A DNA stretch of 63,634 bases, counting the filler, from Octopus bimaculoides (lineage: Eukaryota): assembly GCF_001194135.2 (NCBI RefSeq). It is 6 parts of 4 records of this genome, joined end to end, with 100 filler letters (N's around TTAATTAATTAA, not from the genome) between each part and the next. Parts side by side here need not be neighbours in the genome. Positions count along the whole stretch, not along the records: positions 46,459 to 56,447 come from NC_068988.1; positions 56,548 to 60,318 come from NW_026385370.1; positions 60,419 to 63,634 come from NC_068989.1; 3 more parts are not named here. One strand, 5' to 3'. Below, in pieces: positions 53,121 to 63,634 of this stretch. The position numbers and the translations under genes were made by a program. Position 1 is the stretch's first letter. Each line of letters begins with the position of its first letter. The notes under the pieces are model-generated. The model did not search any database, was not told the DNA's origin, and saw only the letters and a program-made list of their open reading frames with translations.

Positions 53121-54289
53121 NNNNNNNNNNNNNNNNNNNNNNNNNNNNNNNNNNNNNNNNNNNNNNNNNNNNNNNNNNNNNNNNNNNNNNNNNNNNNNNN
53201 NNNNNNNNNNNNNNNNNNNNNNNNNNNNNNNNNNNNNNNNNNNNNNNNNNNNNNNNNNNNNNNNNNNNNNNNNNNNNNNNNNNNNNNNNNNNNNNNNNNN
53301 NNNNNNNNNNNNNNNNNNNNNNNNNNNNNNNNNNNNNNNNNNNNNNNNNNNNNNNNNNNNNNNNNNNNNNNNNNNNNNNNNNNNNNNNNNNNNNNNNNNN
53401 NNNNNNNNNNNNNNNNNNNNNNNNNNNNNNNNNNNNNNNNNNNNNNNNNNNNNNNNNNNNNNNNNNNNNNNNNNNNNNNNNNNNNNNNNNNNNNNNNNNN
53501 NNNNNNNNNNNNNNNNNNNNNNNNNNNNNNNNNNNNNNNNNNNNNNNNNNNNNNNNNNNNNNNNNNNNNNNNNNNNNNNNNNNNNNNNNNNNNNNNNNNN
53601 NNNNNNNNNNNNNNNNNNNNNNNNNNNNNNNNNNNNNNNNNNNNNNNNNNNNNNNNNNNNNNNNNNNNNNNNNNNNNNNNNNNNNNNNNNNNNNNNNNNN
53701 NNNNNNNNNNNNNNNNNNNNNNNNNNNNNNNNNNNNNNNNNNNNNNNNNNNNNNNNNNNNNNNNNNNNNNNNNNNNNNNNNNNNNNNNNNNNNNNNNNNN
53801 NNNNNNNNNNNNNNNNNNNNNNNNNNNNNNNNNNNNNNNNNNNNNNNNNNNNNNNNNNNNNNNNNNNNNNNNNNNNNNNNNNNNNNNNNNNNNNNNNNNN
53901 NNNNNNNNNNNNNNNNNNNNNNNNNNNNNNNNNNNNNNNNNNNNNNNNNNNNNNNNNNNNNNNNNNNNNNNNNNNNNTATATATACAAATATATGATTGC
54001 CTGTGTGTATGTATATAAGTAATGGAAATGGACAAATAATTAACACTGTGTTGTTGACCTGTTTTTCATATATGGATACACACATTCATGTACACGCACG
54101 GACACACACACACACACACATTCCTCACTTCTAACTTGTGTCTCAGTTTTTGAATATCAATATAGTATATTATACATATGTGAGGTGAATGGACATTAGT
54201 AGTAGTAACAGAGTGAGACAAGATAAGAGAAAGTAATGGATAATGACATTATACCTGGTAACATTAAACATTAGCCAGAAAATACGTAT

Positions 54290-55262
54290 ACGAGACAGTC
54301 TATACAATTTCCTGTAAGTCCTGAAGACCATGCGCTCGAAGAGTCAATTGCGTACAGCCATGTTCGCCCGATAGCGGTGAGCCGCTATATGATCCGGGCA
54401 AGGGGAGAACGCCAGAAGTCTCTACTGCCAGAGGGTTGACCCTGTACCTTCCAGAGATCGACTGATACTATGACAGTTTCCTTTTCTCAGACTGACAAGC
54501 AGCAGGATTTGTGTTGGTAGCTGAATCTTCAAAGTTGCCGCAGGAGAAGGTATCACATCATATGATATCTTATATGAGGAGGGTACTGTCGCGAAACGTG
54601 AAAATGTCATACCGCGAGGCCTTTTACCATCTCCTCAGTGTACCCACGCTAGATCGAGGTGGAAGGGGAACCCTGCGGCGTCTAGGTCATGCCCTGATAT
54701 TTTGGAATTGTCGGCTTGTTGTCAAAGGCGGCAAGCACTATTATAGCATGAGAGTGGAGGGCGAAAGAATATATAGTGGTTCCGCAGCACATTTATGAGA
54801 CTCACAGATCTGGAGGTGAAACTTCAAGGAAACACCAATGTAGAGACAGTCGCTTTCAAACAGAGTTCCAGCTGCATGTGATTGTACCGCACTGAGCCAA
54901 GGCCTACTGTGAGGTTCGGATGCTGAGCGGAAACATGCCGGATTGTGTTGGTTCAGTTGGTGCACTAACTCGCCTGAGATCATGCTACGCTGGATGGCGT
55001 CCCATTTCCTTTGAGAGGGCAGGATGTCCACGGAGTGAGGACAGTGTTGGAGGTGAGCAAGATGCAGGCCAAGATGGCTCCGTATCGCTTAGGCCACCTC
55101 GCATTCCTGAATCATAGACGATTCAGTTGGGTTGTGCAGAATTCAGATGATGTGGACACGACGGGTCGTCACCGATGAAACGAGAGGAGAGCCAGCAGGG
55201 CCAGTAAGATGGGAGATCGAAGGCCGGTACCACCATATTTGATGGGTAATGTTGTCTATCAT
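54290..55262 (-). mobile_element. CRE-clade-like non-LTR retrotransposon 3' fragment (restriction-like endonuclease region), degenerate
   Basis: Minus-strand translation across shifts: TLPIKYGGTGLR...LAL, RKWDAI, PWLSAV.SHAAGTL, HKC, DAAGFP...GDGKRPRGMT (matches DGKRPDG RLE motif), AVETSG, GNC. Locally higher GC. Confidence 0.8.
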
Positions 55263-55534
55263 ATCACCTAAATCTGGAAAATGTTTCCTGCAATTACTTA
55301 TCAATGAACTATCTTACACAACTAATGGCCGTCAGAGTGATGGATATTGACAGATGGATGGAAGGAGAGAGAAGTGGTAGATGGACGCGGATGGACGGAT
55401 GGATGGCGAATGAGAGGATCGATGGTGGATGAATGGACGGATGGTGGAAGGAAGGATTCATGGTGGATGGAATTATGGATAGTGAATGGAAGGTTGGGTG
55501 GCTAGATAGATAAATAGATAGATAGATAGATATG

Positions 55535-56447
55535 TTTCTTTATTAGCCACACAGGGCTCAACATAGAAGGGACAAAATATAAATGTAGAGTTTTTCTTNN
55601 NNNNNNNNNNNNNNNNNNNNNNNNNNNNNNNNNNNNNNNNNNNNNNNNNNNNNNNNNNNNNNNNNNNNNNNNNNNNNNNNNNNNNNNNNNNNNNNNNNNN
55701 NNNNNNNNNNNNNNNNNNNNNNNNNNNNNNNNNNNNNNNNNNNNNNNNNNNNNNNNNNNNNNNNNNNNNNNNNNNNNNNNNNNNNNNNNNNNNNNNNNNN
55801 NNNNNNNNNNNNNNNNNNNNNNNNNNNNNNNNNNNNNNNNNNNNNNNNNNNNNNNNNNAAAAAAAAAAAACATCGTAAAACGTTTGGGATATTTACAAGA
55901 CATACGAAATAATACAGAAAATTCCCAATAAATGGGGAGGTTATCCGTGGAAAGAAAAACCTACGAAAAGACCACGGTAACCTCGGACCTTAGTGTAACA
56001 ATTTGTTAAATAAAATTTCTTTTATTTATGCAAGAAGCGTAAGTAAATCTCTGTTTACAAAATTTTAAAACGTTTTATAGAATCATGGTCAAGGTGGCTT
56101 CGTCATTTATACGTGCCATTCATGCTACATGTATCCATCTTTTTTCGAAACATTTGCTAGACAACACTTGCCTCTCTACTCTCACCTTCCTTTTCAAGTG
56201 ATATTTGAAAAAGTTGATTAGAGCTTGACCAAAGAGGAAAGTGTTTGTCTCTAATCCTTTCAGACGCGTCCACCAGATTCATTCTTTCACCATAGCCACA
56301 AGTACGATAAATACGGCTCTTCCTTCCCGTTTAAAGGAAGGAGGCGTGACGATATTGACGATAGACTCTGTTGATAAACCGACTCGTCCCACACGCGACA
56401 GCAGTCGTTCGACATAAGCCCACAGCTCCGAAATAGTTGGACACTGC
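55535..56447 (-). mobile_element. Tx1/L1-type LINE 3' end (ORF2 C-terminus + 3' UTR), interrupted by a gap
   Basis: 56446-56075 reads QCPTISELWAYVERLL...VKE*IWWTR...FEKRW...IL* (post-zinc-knuckle L1/Tx1 pattern, two internal stops). 3' end is AATAAAGAAA followed directly by (TCTA)n. Confidence 0.72.
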
Positions 56448-56547
56448 NNNNNNNNNNNNNNNNNNNNNNNNNNNNNNNNNNNNNNNNNNNNTTAATTAAT
56501 TAANNNNNNNNNNNNNNNNNNNNNNNNNNNNNNNNNNNNNNNNNNNN

Positions 56548-60318
<3,771 letters not shown>

Positions 60319-60433
60319 NNNNNNNNNNNNNNNNNNNNNNNNNNNNNNNNNNNNNNNNNNNNTTAATTAATTAANNNNNNNNNNNNNNNNNNNNNNNNNN
60401 NNNNNNNNNNNNNNNNNNATATATATATATATA

Positions 60434-60600
60434 CACGACGGGCTTCTTTCATTTTACGTCAACCAAATCCACTCGCAAGGTTTTGATCGACCTGAGGCTA
60501 TAGTAGAAGACACTTGCACAAGGTGCCACGCAGTGGGACTGAACCCGGAACCATGTTGTTGGTAAACAAACTACTTATCATACAGCCACTCCTGTGCCTA
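60434..60600 (-). mobile_element. SINE family B 5' half
   Basis: Matches 9230-9390. Confidence 0.85.
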
Positions 60601-60954
60601 TGAATCTGTAAGAAATATTTTCTCGGCACAGATTTTTTTTTTTTTTCACAAGTTTATTATCCACTTGAAATTCACCCTGTTACAAAAATGGTTCCTCGCT
60701 ACGGAAATAAAAAAAAATCCCCACCACTAGCGTAGACGCTCTTATATTGACTCAAGTTTGCTGCGTTGTCAAAGCGACACTCAAGACTGAGTGAGATAGT
60801 TTTGATCTCTCGTGCAGAGAAGGTCGTTGCTATTAAACTATTTGCAGATAAGGTGGCGATTAAAAATGATTTAAGAGTAATTGTTAACATTTATATTTGT
60901 ATATACATATATTTACATATGTACACGTACGGATAAACACACACACACACACAC

Positions 60955-61990
60955 TGGACCGAACGCCTTACGATCATTTTGTTCCGCTTACTTAAGCTCT
61001 AAATTCAAATATCGGTTTCAAATTTTCGCACAAGGCCAGTAATTTCGGGGGAGGAGCCAAGTTGATTACCTCGACCCCAGTGCTCAGCTTGTACTTATTT
61101 TATCTACCCTGAAAGGATGAAAAGCCAAGTCGATCTCGGCGGAATTTTAACACATAACGTAAAGACAGACGAAATGCTGCTGGGCATTTGGATCTATTTT
61201 AAAACAGGGGCCACAGTTTTCATTAACGTTTTACGTAGTATTTTTGGTACGGAAAGACTTTCAAACTTCGTATACTTATCTATTTTGTGTTTATAGAACA
61301 GAAAAATATTTTTGTATTCGAATTTATTTCATGTAAAAAATTGTCTTATTTCGATAATTTCAACCAATCACTGACAAGTATTCAGTTGTTTACATTTACT
61401 CCTTTGGCTGATTAAGCGGTGTAAAGCGTATTTAATCTCCATAACTTCTGACATTTGCAGAGAGGCAACACTTGTGTTCGTTTTCCTTCGTTAAATTNNN
61501 NNNNNNNNNNNNNNNNNNNNNNNNNNNNNNNNNNNNNNNNNNNNNNNNNNNNNNNNNNNNNNNNNNNNNNNNNNNNNNNNNNNNNNNNNNNNNNNNNNNN
61601 NNNNNNNNNNNNNNNNNNNNNNNNNNNNNNNNNNNNNNNNNNNNNNNNNNNNNNNNNNNNNNNNNNNNNNNNNNNNNNNNNNNNNNNNNNNNNNNNNNNN
61701 NNNNNNNNNNNNNNNNNNNNNNNNNNNNNNNNNNNNNNNNNNNNNAGAAATACGACAACTTTAACATGGAATAACTTAGGGATTTCTTTTTTTTTTTTAA
61801 GAAGACTAAGAGAAAAAGATGTTTTATATGACACATTCTACCAGTGCTCCAAGTTTCAAAGTGTTTCGTTAAGAAAATACTGTGGCCCCCGTTTTAAAAA
61901 AGATCCGGGCATTTTGCCCGGCACGGTAACAATTCTACCAGCTCACCACTTTTCTCTAAATTCATATATCGCCGTGGTCAACTTTGCACA
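60955..61990. mobile_element. Nested SINE family A copies (minus copy 61015-61952 inside a plus copy)
   Basis: 18-bp duplication CTCTAAATTCA(A/T)ATATCG at 60997-61014 and 61953-61970 brackets a minus-strand family A copy; the host copy resumes as CCGTGGTCAACTTTGC. Confidence 0.8.
61190..61906. mobile_element. Non-autonomous TIR element (MITE) with 8-bp target-site duplication
   Basis: ~39-bp imperfect TIRs GGATCTATTTTAAAACAGGGGCCACAG... / ...CTGTGGCCCCCGTTTTAAAAAAGATCC. GGGCATTT duplicated at 61182-61189 and 61907-61914. Interior partly N. Confidence 0.88.
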
Positions 61991-63221
61991 GATGCACAAA
62001 TTAATTTCACAAGCCCATTTTCAACATAAAAAAGCGTTTTCGTACTTTCCAGCTACTATTGCAGGTTTACAAGTCGTTTTTTTTTGTTGTTTTTTTTTTG
62101 TAGCTTTCTCTAATAGATCGTTCTTTGACATTCCCAACAACGCAAACTAATTTACTGCCTGGAGACTTTATACAGGAACAACACTGACTTTATGGACGCT
62201 GCTGGTCCAGAACCTCTTATATGTAGCAATTTTCGAGCAACAATTTCAAATCCTGCGGCCGCCAGACTAGTTTACTGATACCTTGCACAAACTAACACCT
62301 TTTACCAGTACAGGTTTTACGAATACACTTTGCCTTCCGTCCTTGGAGATCGATAAATTAAATACCTGTTGCGTACTTGGGTCGATGTAATCGACCTTCC
62401 CCTTCCCCCTAACTTGTTGGCCTTGTGTCTAAATTTGAAACCCTTATCTAAGTAAATTTAATATTTGTTTAATTTAGAGCATGCTGACCAAGATGATAAC
62501 CCCTGGATCGGAAAAATCAGTAATCCGAAAAATTTTGGAACCAGGTGTTTCGTCAAACCGATTCTGCACATGTAATTTATTTAACAAATATTATAAATTA
62601 TTGTTTTACAAGATTTAGCAGCTTATGACTTCCATATTCTTCATTCATTGCAATAACATGAACTAATGCTCCAATGAATTATAAATTAATGCTCCCACCA
62701 AATGGATAGGAGTAACGTTGGAAATGAGGCAATAAAGGTACTGTCATATATCGAGAGGGTCATTATGCCAACATGAAACACAAGCACTGATATGTTTAAT
62801 TTTGATATAATGATATCCAAATACTTAAATGTATGTAAGTAGATTGTCTTAACTGAATTTGCTTTCGTTTGATTTCTGTAGCTATCACCAGTGTATTTTT
62901 GGCGATTTAATAACGAGTTTTGACTGTTATTTCAAACAGGTAGGCATACTTAGTATGTCCTTTGATTAATTTTAATCCCTCGGCTATTTAATGTTACTTT
63001 TTGGTCTGCTGTCACCTGTATCATTGATTCTGTTATTATCATTCTTAAAATAATTACATTGGATAATAATAGAATGAATGATACCTTCGTAAATTAATTT
63101 TAATAAATTATTTTTCTCGTAAATCTGAATCGAGATTATTTCACACTGGTAAGCTGCTGTGATTTTGGCGCAAAACAAATCAGTCGCGGAACAGACTTCA
63201 GAGCGATATATATATATATAT

Positions 63222-63504
63222 ATCAAAATAAGCAACAAGGATATCCAGAGGTAATGCAGTACAATATTTTCACGCAACTCCATTTAATTGAACAATGCAA
63301 CCATTTTACCAATTTAAATGCAGAGCAATCCTCAGCTGCACAAAGACATATAATTTAATTAAATTAAAACAGATGGACACATTAGTATAATTTTACCTAA
63401 AACTCCAAGAAGTTAAGGAGATAGACAAAGAACATGCTACCTTCACTTCCACTTAGAAGCTTCGTACTGCATTACCTCTGGATATCCTTGTTGTTTATTT
63501 TGAT
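63222..63504. mobile_element. MITE with ~41-bp terminal inverted repeats
   Basis: ATCAAAATAAGCAACAAGGATATCCAGAGGTAATGCAGTAC (63222-63262) vs GTACTGCATTACCTCTGGATATCCTTGTTGTTTATTTTGAT (63464-63504), one mismatch. Confidence 0.85.
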
Positions 63505-63598
63505 TCTAATCACCTTATTTTGAAATTGTATGGATAATACCGTACTAAATGCTGGTGCCTCAACTTAAATACCATATTCATCTGAATCTAAATTTTAA

Positions 63599-63634
<36 letters not shown>

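Overview
AT-rich (~35% GC by eye), microsatellite-dense eukaryotic draft-assembly DNA with many N gaps. The SINE families and TA/CA/GA/trinucleotide landscape look like an octopus (coleoid cephalopod) genome; this is inferred, not proven. No complete host gene can be read, and almost all listed ORFs are microsatellite or gap artefacts. Recognisable content is mobile DNA: a near-complete Penelope-like retroelement (RT + C-terminal GIY-YIG, 2-3 frameshifts, direct terminal repeats, ~56.5-60.3 kb); an inverted pair of 3' ends from a different Penelope-type element (35.0-36.0 kb); a full-length mariner with TIRs and TA target duplication (26.7-28.1 kb); decayed mariners; 3' fragments of CRE-, Tx1/L1- and RTE-type non-LTR retrotransposons; several MITEs (a ~300-bp foldback, one with an 8-bp TSD); three tRNA-headed SINE families; a 28S rRNA pseudogene fragment; and several degenerate minisatellites. 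Best leads: a ~10-kb CpG-depleted domain (26.2-36.3 kb) that may mark an unannotated methylated host gene with candidate exons; a candidate small secreted Cys-peptide exon at 4.26-4.42 kb; a hammerhead-like motif in the inverted Penelope ends; a three-layer nested insertion; and a ~111-bp degenerate tandem array. I cannot support a claim of a wholly new biological system from this sequence alone.
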